Part shown: positions 47,077-56,771 of the stretch, in pieces
How positions within the stretch are numbered: the first letter of the stretch is position 1
Layout: every line of letters begins with the position of its first letter
DNA from: Terriglobia bacterium
GTDB taxonomy: Bacteria > Acidobacteriota > Terriglobia > JAJPHL01 > JAPKYU01
Direction of reading: 5' to 3'
Length of the DNA: 64,000 nucleotides
Assembly (NCBI GenBank): GCA_965223005.1
Contig: CBDCVK010000010.1
Coordinates: 1,408,001 to 1,472,000 of the forward strand
Made by a program: the position numbers and the translations under genes
The notes under the pieces: model-generated
Databases searched by the model: none
The model's input: the letters and a program-made list of their open reading frames with translations, nothing else
Told to the model about the DNA's origin: nothing

Positions 47077-48266
47077 GAGCGAACAAGAAATTGCTTCTCG
47101 TCGGCGGAGTCGTCCTCCTCGTTGTCCTTGTGGGCTTGTTGGGATTGCTACGCTGGCTCGGTGACCGTCCCGAGACGATTGCCATTTCGGGCAACATCGA
47201 GCTGACACAAGTGGACGTCGCCTTCAAGACTCCCGGCAAACTGATCGAGCGCGCCGTAGATGAAGGGGAGGTAGTCCGCAAGGGCATGGTGCTGGCGCGG
47301 CTCGATGCCGAGCAGACGAAGCGCCAGAGGGAGCGCGAGCAGGCCGGTCGGATGGCGGCTGAGTCCCAACTGCGCCAGATCGTGACCGCAGCCCAGTACC
47401 AGAAGGAAACGCTGGAAGCCGAGATCGAACTCCGCCAGGCCGAACTCCGCCAGGCTGAGGCGCGCTTGAGCGAACTGCTGGCTGGCTTTCGGAAACAGGA
47501 AATCGAGCAGGCTCGCGCGGCAACCGAAGAAGCAGCCAGCGAAGAGCAGCGCGCTACCCGAGATTGGGAGCGCGCCCAGGTCCTCCATAAGAACGATGAC
47601 ATCTCCAGGTCCCAGTACGATCAGTTCCGGGCGCGCTACCAAGCCGGCACCGCCGCGGCCCGGCAGGCCCGGGAAAGGCTGGCTCTGGTGGAGGAAGGTC
47701 CCCGGCAGGAAGAGATCGAATCCGCCCGCGCACAGGTGGCCCGCGCCCAAGCGGCATTGCGATTGAGCAAGGCGGCGCGGCTGGAACTGAAAAGGAAGCG
47801 ACAGGAGATCGAAACCCGTCGCGCTGAAACCGCGCGGGCGCGGGCGCAGGTGGGAGTGCTGGACGCCCAGCTCGACGACACAGTCGCCATTTCGCCCATT
47901 GACGGCGTGGTGTTGACGAAATCGGCTGAGGTGGGCCAAGTGCTGGCCGCAGGCACTCCCGTCCTCACCGTCGGCGACCTGGCCCACCCCTGGCTCCGCG
48001 GCTACATCAACGAGACGGATCTGGGACGGGTGAAGTTGGGGGCACGCGTTCGCGTCACCACCGACTCCTATCCGGACAAAGTGTACTGGGGACGTCTCTC
48101 CTTCATCGCTTCCGATGCGGAGTTCACCCCCAAGCAGATTCAAACCCCCGAGGAGCGGGTCAAGCTCGTCTACCGGGTAAAGGTAGACATCCCGAACCCC
48201 CAGCAGGAGCTGAAATTGAACATGCCGGTGGAAGCCGAGATCCTGCTGCGCGATCCTGCTGAATGA
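47073..48266 (+). CDS. HlyD-family periplasmic adaptor (YbhG-like)
   Basis: SGNIE, SPIDGVV, YINETDLGRV, EFTPKQIQTPEER. Confidence 0.9.
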   Translation: MRANKKLLLVGGVVLLVVLVGLLGLLRWLGDRPETIAISGNIELTQVDVAFKTPGKLIERAVDEGEVVRKGMVLARLDAEQTKRQREREQAGRMAAESQLRQIVTAAQYQKETLEAEIELRQAELRQAEARLSELLAGFRKQEIEQARAATEEAASEEQRATRDWERAQVLHKNDDISRSQYDQFRARYQAGTAAARQARERLALVEEGPRQEEIESARAQVARAQAALRLSKAARLELKRKRQEIETRRAETARARAQVGVLDAQLDDTVAISPIDGVVLTKSAEVGQVLAAGTPVLTVGDLAHPWLRGYINETDLGRVKLGARVRVTTDSYPDKVYWGRLSFIASDAEFTPKQIQTPEERVKLVYRVKVDIPNPQQELKLNMPVEAEILLRDPAE

Positions 48267-48309
48267 AGAGTGAGGCAAGGCGGGGAAGTTCCGCCGGGAG
48301 GCGCCTACT

Positions 48310-49293
48310 ATGCCAAATGCTATGCAAGCTGATATGCCAGTAACAGATTCCAACGCCGCCGCAGCGATCCGAACCGCAAATTTGACCCGCCGGTTCGACG
48401 CCCTGACGGCCGTGGACCGCCTCACTCTGGAAGTATCGCCCGGGGAAATTTTCGGCCTTGTGGGTCCCGATGGGGCCGGCAAGACCACCACCTTGCGCTT
48501 GCTCTGTGGCCTGCTGGACCCGACCGAAGGACAGGCTTGGGTGGCAGGCCACGACGTGGCCCGCCACCCGCAGGCGGTGAGGGACCGCATTGGTTACATG
48601 GCGCAGCGCTTTGGCCTCTACTCCGATCTGACCGTGCGGGAAAACATGCTTTATTATGCCGACCTGTTTGGGCTCCCGGCAGCCGAAGGCAAGCCGCTGA
48701 TGGAGCGCCTGCTGGGCGTCACCCGCATGCAGCCTTTCCAGCACCGGGCGGCCGGCCGCCTTTCGGGCGGCATGAAGCAAAAACTGGCGTTGATGTGCAC
48801 GCTGCTCCACCACCCGCAAATTCTTTTTCTCGACGAGCCCACCAACGGTGTGGACCCGGTGTCTCGCCGCGATTTCTGGGCCATCCTCTATCAACTGGTG
48901 AAGCAGGGAATGACTGTCCTGCTCACCACGGCCTACCTGGATGAAGCCGAGCGCTGCAATCGGGTGGGCCTGCTCGATCGCGGGCGCCTTATCCGTTGCG
49001 ACTCACCGCAGGCGTTGAAGAAGCTGGTGGCGGAGTCCTGCTACCAGGTCACCTGTTCGAACCTAAGGGCGGCGCGAGAGTTCCTGCAGACCGCCGCAGG
49101 CGTGAAGAGCGTGGAGCCGTCCGGCGCCACCCTGCACGTCTTCCTCGCGGCTCCGGAAACCTCTTCCGTGGCGCTCGAACGGGCTTTGGAGCAAGAGGGT
49201 CTGGGTCCAGCTAGCTTCCGCCCGATCACCCCGTCTCTGGAGGACGTATTCATCGCCGAGATCCGCAAGGCTTCAGCGGGGAACCATGCCTGA
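48310..49293 (+). CDS. ABC transporter ATP-binding protein (YbhF N-half-like)
   Basis: GPDGAGKTT, LSGGMKQK, LDEPTNGVDP. Confidence 0.93.
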   Translation: MPNAMQADMPVTDSNAAAAIRTANLTRRFDALTAVDRLTLEVSPGEIFGLVGPDGAGKTTTLRLLCGLLDPTEGQAWVAGHDVARHPQAVRDRIGYMAQRFGLYSDLTVRENMLYYADLFGLPAAEGKPLMERLLGVTRMQPFQHRAAGRLSGGMKQKLALMCTLLHHPQILFLDEPTNGVDPVSRRDFWAILYQLVKQGMTVLLTTAYLDEAERCNRVGLLDRGRLIRCDSPQALKKLVAESCYQVTCSNLRAAREFLQTAAGVKSVEPSGATLHVFLAAPETSSVALERALEQEGLGPASFRPITPSLEDVFIAEIRKASAGNHA

Positions 49294-50290
49294 GGGAACC
49301 ATGACTGAGGGGCCTGAGAGAACCATGCCTGAGGAGCCTGAGAGAAATCACAATGGGTGGGCCGTTGAGGTGGAGGGTCTCGCGAAGCGATTCGGCGCCT
49401 TTATCGCCGTAGACCACATTTCCTTCACTGTTCAGCGGGGCGAAATTTTCGGCTTCCTCGGCCCCAACGGAGCCGGCAAGTCGACCACCATTCGCATTCT
49501 CTGCGGGCTGCTGGCCCCGAGCGATGGCCGGACTCGGGTAGGCGGGTTCGATGTGGCTGCTGAACCTGAGAGCGTGCGAAGACATATCGGCTATATGTCC
49601 CAAAAGTTCTCGCTCTATGACGATTTGACTGTGGAGGAGAACATTGATTTTTTCAGCGGGGTCTACGGAGTTGCGCAGGGGCGGCGTGCCGAGCGCAAGC
49701 AGTACGTGCTGGCCATGGCAGGGCTGAGCGAGCGGCGGACGACGATGACGCGCCTGCTGGCCGGCGGATGGAAGCAGCGGCTGGCCCTGGGATGCGCCAT
49801 CTTGCACGAGCCGCCCATCATATTTCTCGATGAGCCGACCTCAGGCGTCGATCCGATTGCTCGCCGCGACTTTTGGGATCTGATCTACCAGCTCTCGGCG
49901 GCCGGACACACGATTTTCGTCACCACTCATTACATGGATGAAGCCGAACATTGCCACCGGCTGGCCCTGATGTACCAAGGAAAAATTATCGCTCTGGACG
50001 CGCCCGCCTCCTTGAAGCAGGCATTGGCGTCACACACCCTGATGGAACTGGACAGCTCGGACCCGCTGGAGAGTCTCAGAGTGCTGGAGGGAGCCGAAGG
50101 CATCGCGGAGGTGGCGGTCTTCGGGGCAGGACTGCACATCACCGTGCCTGACCCGGGTACTGCCGTGCCTCGGATTCGAAGCCTCCTGGACCAGCAGGGG
50201 ATTCAGATCCAGCGCCTGGAACCGATCCAGCCCTCCATCGAGGACGTGTTCGTCGGCATGATCGCCGAGGAGGAGCGTAAGTCAGCATGA
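49286..50290 (+). CDS. ABC transporter ATP-binding protein (YbhF C-half-like)
   Basis: GPNGAGKST, LAGGWKQR, LDEPTSGVDP, TTHYMDEAE. Confidence 0.93.
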   Translation: MPEGTMTEGPERTMPEEPERNHNGWAVEVEGLAKRFGAFIAVDHISFTVQRGEIFGFLGPNGAGKSTTIRILCGLLAPSDGRTRVGGFDVAAEPESVRRHIGYMSQKFSLYDDLTVEENIDFFSGVYGVAQGRRAERKQYVLAMAGLSERRTTMTRLLAGGWKQRLALGCAILHEPPIIFLDEPTSGVDPIARRDFWDLIYQLSAAGHTIFVTTHYMDEAEHCHRLALMYQGKIIALDAPASLKQALASHTLMELDSSDPLESLRVLEGAEGIAEVAVFGAGLHITVPDPGTAVPRIRSLLDQQGIQIQRLEPIQPSIEDVFVGMIAEEERKSA

Positions 50291-51420
50291 ACCTGCGACG
50301 CACCCGGGCGGTGGCGAAAAAGGAATTGCTGCACATTCTTCGGGACCGCAACAGCCTGATCATGGCGCTGGCGGTCCCACTGGTTCTGTTGCTGCTGTTC
50401 GGCTATGCGCTGTCGCTGGATGTGGACCGCGTGCCGACCTGGATCCACGACGCCGACCGGAGCCCGGAGAGCCGGCACCTGATCTCGCGGTTTCGCGCTT
50501 CTCGCTACTTTCAGGTTCTGGGAACAGCCGACCGGCCGAAAACCATCGAGCAGAAGATTGACAGGGACGAATGCCTGCTTGCGGTTTCCATCCCGCGGGG
50601 GTTTGCCCGTGACCTCGTGGCCGGTCGGCAAGCAGAGGTGCAACTGCTGTTGGACGGCAGCGATTCCAATACGGCGTCCATCGCCCTGGGCTATGCGGAG
50701 ACGATGGTGCGTCTACACGCGGTGGAATTGCAGGAGCAGGCGCAGCGCCAAAGAATGGGTGCCCGGCTGCCTCCGCCGGTCGAGAACCGGATTCGCGTCT
50801 GGTACAACAGCGACCTGGAATCGAAGAACTACATTGTGCCGGGACTGATGGCAGTCATCTTGATGATCATTGCCGCGTTGCTCACCTCGTTGACCATCGC
50901 GCGGGAGTGGGAAACGGGAACCATGGAGTCGTTGCTTGCCACGCCGCTGCGGCCGGCGGAACTGGTGCTGGGCAAACTGGTTGCTTTTTTCGGCGTGGGC
51001 TTGGTGGATATGCTGGTGGCGCTGCTGGTCGGCGTGCTGGTTTTCCGCGTGCCGCTCCGCGGAAATGCGCTGCTGCTGTTTTTCACCGGCTGCATCTTTC
51101 TGTTCGGGGCGCTCTGCTGGGGCATTCTTCTTTCGGCCGTGGCACGTTCGCAATTGCTGGCTTACCAGTTGGGGATGCTGACTTCCTTCCTGCCCGCCTT
51201 CCTGCTCTCCGGCTTTGTCTACGCCATCGAGAACATGCCGGCAGTGATTCAGCTGGTGACCTACATCTTTCCGGCCAGGTATTTCGTCACCATCCTCAAG
51301 GGAATCTATCTGAAGGGTGTTGGGCTGGAGGTATTGTTCCTGGAAGTCGGACTGCTGATCGTGTACGCGGCGATTATCTTCGTCGTTGCTACAAAGAAGG
51401 TGAAACAGAAGTTGGCCTGA
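50287..51420 (+). CDS. ABC-2 permease (YbhS-like)
   Basis: KKELLHILRD, DGSDSN, VPGL, AREWETGTME. Confidence 0.9.
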   Translation: MNLRRTRAVAKKELLHILRDRNSLIMALAVPLVLLLLFGYALSLDVDRVPTWIHDADRSPESRHLISRFRASRYFQVLGTADRPKTIEQKIDRDECLLAVSIPRGFARDLVAGRQAEVQLLLDGSDSNTASIALGYAETMVRLHAVELQEQAQRQRMGARLPPPVENRIRVWYNSDLESKNYIVPGLMAVILMIIAALLTSLTIAREWETGTMESLLATPLRPAELVLGKLVAFFGVGLVDMLVALLVGVLVFRVPLRGNALLLFFTGCIFLFGALCWGILLSAVARSQLLAYQLGMLTSFLPAFLLSGFVYAIENMPAVIQLVTYIFPARYFVTILKGIYLKGVGLEVLFLEVGLLIVYAAIIFVVATKKVKQKLA

Positions 51421-51425
51421 CGGCG

Positions 51426-52583
51426 ATGTGGGAGCGAATCCGGGAAATCGTTCGCAAAGAGCTGCTCCAGGCGCTGCGGGAGCCACGCATGCGGGTTGTC
51501 TTGGTCATCCCACCCCTGATCCAGTTGATCATCTTTGGCTACGCGGTCAATCTGGACGTGGAGACCAGCCGCCTTGCCTGGATGGACCGGGATCGGACCC
51601 CGGCCAGCCGCGAGTTGTACGAGGCCTTTGCCGGCTCGGGGCGGTTCCAGATGGTGGCCACACCCTCCCGCGAGAGCGAAGTCGAGGACTTGCTGGATCA
51701 CGGCCGCGTACATGCGGTGGTCCGCGTGCTTCCCGGGTTTGGCCGCGACATCGCTCGCGGCAAGACCGCCGGGGTGCAGGTTTTGATGGACGGCAGTAAC
51801 TCCAATACTGCCTCCATCGTTTCCGCCTACACCTCCGGTGTCATTGCCGCCTACGGCAACCGAGTCCGGGCACGGCAACAGAGGGCGCGGCTGGTGGCCC
51901 GCACCACTCGCGACGGCGAACCTGTCGCCGCCGCCCCGCCGCCGCTGGAGATCCGAAGTCGAGTCTGGTTCAACCCGGACTTACGCAGCCGGAACTACTA
52001 CGTCCCGGGGGTGGTGATCAACATCATCACGCTGGTCACAATCATGCTGACGGCCATGGCCATCGTTCGCGAGAAGGAGATCGGCACCATGGAGCAGCTG
52101 CTGGTGACACCGATCCGCCCGGTGGAACTGATGATCGGCAAAACGTTGCCGTTTGCCCTGGTGGGTCTGTTCGATCTTGTCCTGGTCACGGTGGTTGCCC
52201 TGGTCGTGTTTCGCATTCCCTTCCGGGGCAGCCCGCTGCTGCTGCTAGCGAGCGCTATGCTGTTCCTGCTGACCACGCTGGGCATCGGACTGTTCCTCTC
52301 CACCATCTCCCAGACGCAACAGCAGGCGATGATGGCCTCGTTCTTCTTTTTCATGCCCGCCTTCATGCTCAGCGGCTTCGCCTTCCCCATCCGGAACATG
52401 CCCGTGCCGGTGCAGCTGCTCAGCTATCTGAACCCGCTACGGTATTTCATGGAAATTTCCCGCAACATCTTCCTGAAAGGAACCGGGATTACCGTGCTGT
52501 GGCCGCAGATGCTGGCCCTGCTGGTTTTCGGGGTCACTATCCTGGGTCTGAGTTCCCTCCGCTTCCGCAAGCGCCTGGATTGA
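51426..52583 (+). CDS. ABC-2 permease (YbhR-like)
   Basis: MWERIREIVRKE, WFNPDL, VREKEIGTMEQL, LSGFAFPI. Confidence 0.9.
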   Translation: MWERIREIVRKELLQALREPRMRVVLVIPPLIQLIIFGYAVNLDVETSRLAWMDRDRTPASRELYEAFAGSGRFQMVATPSRESEVEDLLDHGRVHAVVRVLPGFGRDIARGKTAGVQVLMDGSNSNTASIVSAYTSGVIAAYGNRVRARQQRARLVARTTRDGEPVAAAPPPLEIRSRVWFNPDLRSRNYYVPGVVINIITLVTIMLTAMAIVREKEIGTMEQLLVTPIRPVELMIGKTLPFALVGLFDLVLVTVVALVVFRIPFRGSPLLLLASAMLFLLTTLGIGLFLSTISQTQQQAMMASFFFFMPAFMLSGFAFPIRNMPVPVQLLSYLNPLRYFMEISRNIFLKGTGITVLWPQMLALLVFGVTILGLSSLRFRKRLD

Positions 52584-52645
52584 AAAAGCTCTTCTCCCAC
52601 CGTGTGCACGCGGCATTCGCGTCGTACTGCCTACCGCCTACTGTT

Positions 52646-54154
52646 TCAGTAGAAGCTGCTTTCGCGCTTTCGGCCGGTGTAATCCACGTAGACCGCCTTC
52701 AGCTCGGTGAAGAAGTCGATGGCCACACGGCCCTGCTCACGCAGGCCAATTCCGGTGCCTTTGATGCCGCCGAAAGGAACATGGGCTTCGCCGCCGGTGG
52801 TGGGCGAGTTGATGTGGATGACTCCGGTTTCGACGCGGTCCACGAAATCGAAGACGCGCGCGACGTCTTGGGTGTAGATGGAGGAGGAGAGGCCGAAAAC
52901 GACGCCGTTGGCCACTTCCAGCGCCTCGCGGTAGTCCTTCACCCGGATCACAGAGAGCACCGGCCCGAAGATCTCCTCCTGGGCAATGCGCATCTGCGGC
53001 CGGACGTGGTCAAAGACGGTCGGGGCGATGAACCAGCCCCGGTCGCTGGCACCGCCGCGCAGACGGTCGCCGCCACACAACAGTTTGGCTCCTTCGCCGC
53101 GACCGATTTCCAGGTAGTTGAGCACGGTCTGGAATTGACTCTCATCCACCGCCGGCCCGACGTCAACGTCTGGCTCAGAGCCGTCGCCCACGCGCAACTT
53201 ACGGGCTCGTTCCACCACGCGGCCGACGAATTCCTCAGCCACCTCCTCGACGACAACCGCCCGGCTGGTGGCCGTGCAGCGCTGGCCGGTGGATCCGAAG
53301 GCGCCCTGCACGGTGCTTTCCACCGCCAGTTCCAAGTCGGCATCCTCCAACACCACCAGCGGGTTCTTGCCGCCCATCTCACACTGGCAGGGGAGCTGGC
53401 GCCGCGCGCCCTGGGCGTAAAGCCGGGTGCCGATCTCGTTTGAGCCTGTGAAGCTGACCGCCTTCACCGCCGGGTTTTCGACGAGCTCGTCGCCCACCTG
53501 GCTGCCCGAGCCTACCACCAGGTTCAGCACACCTGCGGGCAGTCCCGCCTCCACGAAGCAGTTCACCAGCTCCATGCCCAGGAACGGGGTGAGGCTGGCG
53601 GGCTTGAAGACCACGGTGTTGCCCGCGACCAGAGCCGGGGCAATCTTCCACGCCGGGATAGCCACTGGAAAATTCCAGGGGGTGATAGCGGCCACCACTC
53701 CCAGCGGGTGTTTCACCGTGTAGCAAAAGTTCTTCGGCAGCTCCGAGGGCAAGGTGTCGCCGATGATGCGGCGCGACTCGCCGGCCATGTATTCCAGCAC
53801 GTTGATCGCCCGCAAGAGTTCACCCAGAGACTCCTTCACCGTCTTGCCTTCTTCGCGGGTGAGGGCGCGGGCCAACTCATCTTTCCGGTCGGTCATGATC
53901 TGGGCTGCGCGCGCAACGAACCGCCCGCGCACCGGGGCAGGGGTCTCGCGCCAGGCGGGAAAAGCCGCGGCCGCCGCCTGGATGGCGGCCTGCGCCTCTT
54001 CTCGGGTGGCCAGCGGGATCACGCCCACCAGATCATCGAAATTGGCGGGATTGCGCCGCTCCAGACTCTTGCCGGACGCAGATTCTTCCCAGCGCCCACC
54101 GATGAAATTCTTGGCTCGGGCGACTTCTCGCTCTTGCTTCGTTAGAACACCCAT
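52646..54154 (-). CDS. Aldehyde dehydrogenase (semialdehyde dehydrogenase type)
   Basis: ITPWNFP, FKPAS, FTGS, EMGGKNP, GQRCTA, EEIFGPV; AGGAGG RBS. Confidence 0.93.
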   Translation of the reverse strand: MGVLTKQEREVARAKNFIGGRWEESASGKSLERRNPANFDDLVGVIPLATREEAQAAIQAAAAAFPAWRETPAPVRGRFVARAAQIMTDRKDELARALTREEGKTVKESLGELLRAINVLEYMAGESRRIIGDTLPSELPKNFCYTVKHPLGVVAAITPWNFPVAIPAWKIAPALVAGNTVVFKPASLTPFLGMELVNCFVEAGLPAGVLNLVVGSGSQVGDELVENPAVKAVSFTGSNEIGTRLYAQGARRQLPCQCEMGGKNPLVVLEDADLELAVESTVQGAFGSTGQRCTATSRAVVVEEVAEEFVGRVVERARKLRVGDGSEPDVDVGPAVDESQFQTVLNYLEIGRGEGAKLLCGGDRLRGGASDRGWFIAPTVFDHVRPQMRIAQEEIFGPVLSVIRVKDYREALEVANGVVFGLSSSIYTQDVARVFDFVDRVETGVIHINSPTTGGEAHVPFGGIKGTGIGLREQGRVAIDFFTELKAVYVDYTGRKRESSFY

Positions 54155-54294
54155 TGCTGCCTCCTTCGCTCGTCGGTGCGTAGGCATCGACAGGCTTCAG
54201 CCTACCATGGCGCCTCAAATGGTAACGCTAAGTACCGGTCGCAACCCTGGGCTGGACTGCGGTAAAGGCCTGGTCTCCACGTCTGCCTTCGAGG

Positions 54295-54451
54295 ATGCGC
54301 GCGCGCCAGCTGCACCGCGGTCTCGTTGGCCTCGCTATTGGTAAAGAATCGGTGCCGCTAATGGCAAAGAAATTGCAAGCTCCTACTAATAGTGCGCCGG
54401 GGAGGGAAACAGATACGCTTGATGTTTGCGGTACAGACCTTCCCGGGTCAT
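54295..54451 (-). pseudogene. Eroded class III aminotransferase remnant
   Basis: MTREGLYRKHQAYLFPSPAHY* then, after a large deletion, FFTNS--EANETAVQLARA; extended -10 TGgTATATT upstream. Confidence 0.65.
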
Positions 54452-54580
54452 CGAAACCGGCCCAATATACCACAGTGGGAGCCAGTGGCCGCGCTGACAC
54501 ACCCGCTGCCCGGCCGAAAGAGCCGAAAAAGCGGGCGTGCTAGTATAGGAACTGATTTCGGCTTTCGAAAGGGAGACTGG

Positions 54581-56314
54581 ATGCGCTGGAGCCAGCTTTT
54601 CATCCCCACCCTGCGGGAAAATCCCGCAGACGCGGAGATTGCCAGCCACAGGCTGCTGCTGCGCGCCGGCTACATCCGACAGCTGAGCGCCGGCATTTAC
54701 AGCTATCTCTACCTGGCGCAGCGCTCTCTGGCCAAGATCGCCCAGATCGTGCGAGAAGAGATGGACCGCATCGGCGCACAGGAGTTCTACCTACCGGCAT
54801 TGCATCCGGCCGACATCTGGCAGCAAACCGGGCGCTGGGAAGAGATGGGCCCAGCGATGTTCCGGCTGAAGGACCGCGGTGACCGGGACCTGTGCCTGGG
54901 GATGACCGAGGAAGAGGTGATGACCGACATCGCCCGGCGGGAGCTGCGCAGTTACAAGCAGTTGCCGCAAATCTGGTACCAAATCCAGGCCAAGTTCCGC
55001 GACGAGCCCCGGCCCCGCTCCGGCTTGTTGCGCACTCGCCAGTTCACCATGAAAGACTCCTACTCCTTTGACCTTGATGAGGCCGGGCTGGAGGTCAGCT
55101 ACCAGAAGCACCACGAAGCTTACTGCCGCGCCTTTGATCGCTGCGGGCTGAAGTACAAGGTGGTGGAGGCGCATTCGGGACCGATGGGCGGCAGCCAGTC
55201 GCACGAGTTCATGGTGCTGTCCGACGCCGGGGAGGACCAGTTGGCCGAATGCGGTAGCTGCGGTTACGCGGCCAACCTGGAGAAGGCGGTGTCGCGCCTG
55301 CCCGCCATCTCCGATGCCGAAGGTCCGGCGGCCCCGGAACCCTTTGCGACGCCCGAGCAGAAGAGCATCGCTGAGGTTAGCGCCTTTGATGGGAGGCCGG
55401 AAGCCGCGCACATCAAGTCGCTGCTCTTCCTCAGCCGCGATGCCCCGGTGATCGCGTTGCTGCGGGGCGACCACGAGCTGAGCGAAATCAAGCTGACCGG
55501 TTTGCTAGGGGATCCGCGCATGCGTCCTGCGCATCCCGAGGAGGTGAGCCAATACACTGGCGCGGGACCCGGCTCGATTGGTCCGGTGGGCCTGAAGGGC
55601 GTGCGCATCCTGGCTGATACAGCGCTGGAGGGACGGCGCAATCTGGTGGCTGGCGCCAACCGCGACGGTTACCATCTGCGCGGCGTCACCCCGGGTCGGG
55701 ATTTTCGAACAGAATTCCACGACCTGCGGGTGGTTCGCGCGGGCGACCCGTGCGCTCCCTGTGGTGAGCCTCTCCGTGTTTCCCGAGCCATCGAGATCGG
55801 GCACATCTTCAAGCTGGGCCGCAAGTACTCGGAAAGCATGGGCGCGCGGGTGCTGGACGCCTCTGGACAGGAGATCGTGCTGGTCATGGGTTCCTACGGC
55901 ATCGGCATCGAGCGCATTCTGGCAGCGGCCATCGAGCAGAATCACGATGCCGATGGCATGGCTCTGCCCGTCTCCATCGCCCCCTTTCACGTGGTGATCA
56001 CACCGATCAATGCTTCCGACCCGACCCTGATGGGCATCGCGGAAGAACTCTACAGGGACATCCTGGAAGAGAAACTGGAGGCGGTGCTGGATGATCGCGA
56101 CGAGCGCCCGGGCGTCAAGTTCAAGGACGCCGACCTGATCGGCGTCCCTTTCCGGGTCACGGTAGGGCGCAAGGCACCCGGAGGGTTGGTTGAGGTGCTG
56201 CTGCGCTCGACACGAATTAGCACCGATGTTAAAATTGCCGAAGCGTCGGCATTCCTGCGCGATGCCTGCAGGAAGCAGTGTATGCGTACCGAGGCGTGCC
56301 AGGAAGCCGGTTAA
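54581..56314 (+). CDS. proS: Proline--tRNA ligase with editing insertion
   Basis: MRWSQLFIPTLRE, SHRLLLRAG, FRDEPRPRSG, MKDSYSFD, IEIGHIFKLG, MGSYGIG. Confidence 0.97.
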   Translation: MRWSQLFIPTLRENPADAEIASHRLLLRAGYIRQLSAGIYSYLYLAQRSLAKIAQIVREEMDRIGAQEFYLPALHPADIWQQTGRWEEMGPAMFRLKDRGDRDLCLGMTEEEVMTDIARRELRSYKQLPQIWYQIQAKFRDEPRPRSGLLRTRQFTMKDSYSFDLDEAGLEVSYQKHHEAYCRAFDRCGLKYKVVEAHSGPMGGSQSHEFMVLSDAGEDQLAECGSCGYAANLEKAVSRLPAISDAEGPAAPEPFATPEQKSIAEVSAFDGRPEAAHIKSLLFLSRDAPVIALLRGDHELSEIKLTGLLGDPRMRPAHPEEVSQYTGAGPGSIGPVGLKGVRILADTALEGRRNLVAGANRDGYHLRGVTPGRDFRTEFHDLRVVRAGDPCAPCGEPLRVSRAIEIGHIFKLGRKYSESMGARVLDASGQEIVLVMGSYGIGIERILAAAIEQNHDADGMALPVSIAPFHVVITPINASDPTLMGIAEELYRDILEEKLEAVLDDRDERPGVKFKDADLIGVPFRVTVGRKAPGGLVEVLLRSTRISTDVKIAEASAFLRDACRKQCMRTEACQEAG

Positions 56315-56334
56315 GGCAAACGAGGGGTCAACCT

Positions 56335-56706
56335 ATGAGCAAGCAATCTGGAATGGCCACCTTCAAGGCCGTGGTCGCGGTGGCGGTATTTGCGGCCGTC
56401 GTCTACCTGGGAATCAAGCTGGTGCCTCCCTGGGTGAACAATTACCAGCTCCAGGACCACATCACCTCGCTAGCCCGCAGGGCCACCTACGGTCAGGGTG
56501 TAACTGAAGAAAGTATTCGCAAAGACGTCCTCAGCAAGACTAAGGAGCTTCGCATGCCGGTGAAGGGCGAGCAGATTAGGGTGGTCAAGAGCACCTACGG
56601 GGTGAACACTGACGTGAAGTACAACGTGGTGGTGAAGACGCCGGCCTACACCTTCAACCTCAAGTTCAACCCGACGGCTGGCAACAAGATGATCACCGCA
56701 AAATGA
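56335..56706 (+). CDS. Small pilin-like membrane protein (DUF4845-like)
   Basis: KQSG|M followed by a hydrophobic helix, GIKLVPPW. Confidence 0.6.
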   Translation: MSKQSGMATFKAVVAVAVFAAVVYLGIKLVPPWVNNYQLQDHITSLARRATYGQGVTEESIRKDVLSKTKELRMPVKGEQIRVVKSTYGVNTDVKYNVVVKTPAYTFNLKFNPTAGNKMITAK

Positions 56707-56771
56707 CGGCCGAGAGCGCGCTTCGGCTATGAGTAAGATAAGAAGGGAGCCGGCGAGGGAGACCCAACCGG

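Noticed and set aside
50907-51425. 558-aa version of the second ABC permease
   Set aside because: The first 173 codons overlap the preceding permease; the family-typical start is ATG 51426
54392-54580. N-terminal extension of ProS
   Set aside because: The canonical MRWSQ start with a GGGAG RBS is at 54581
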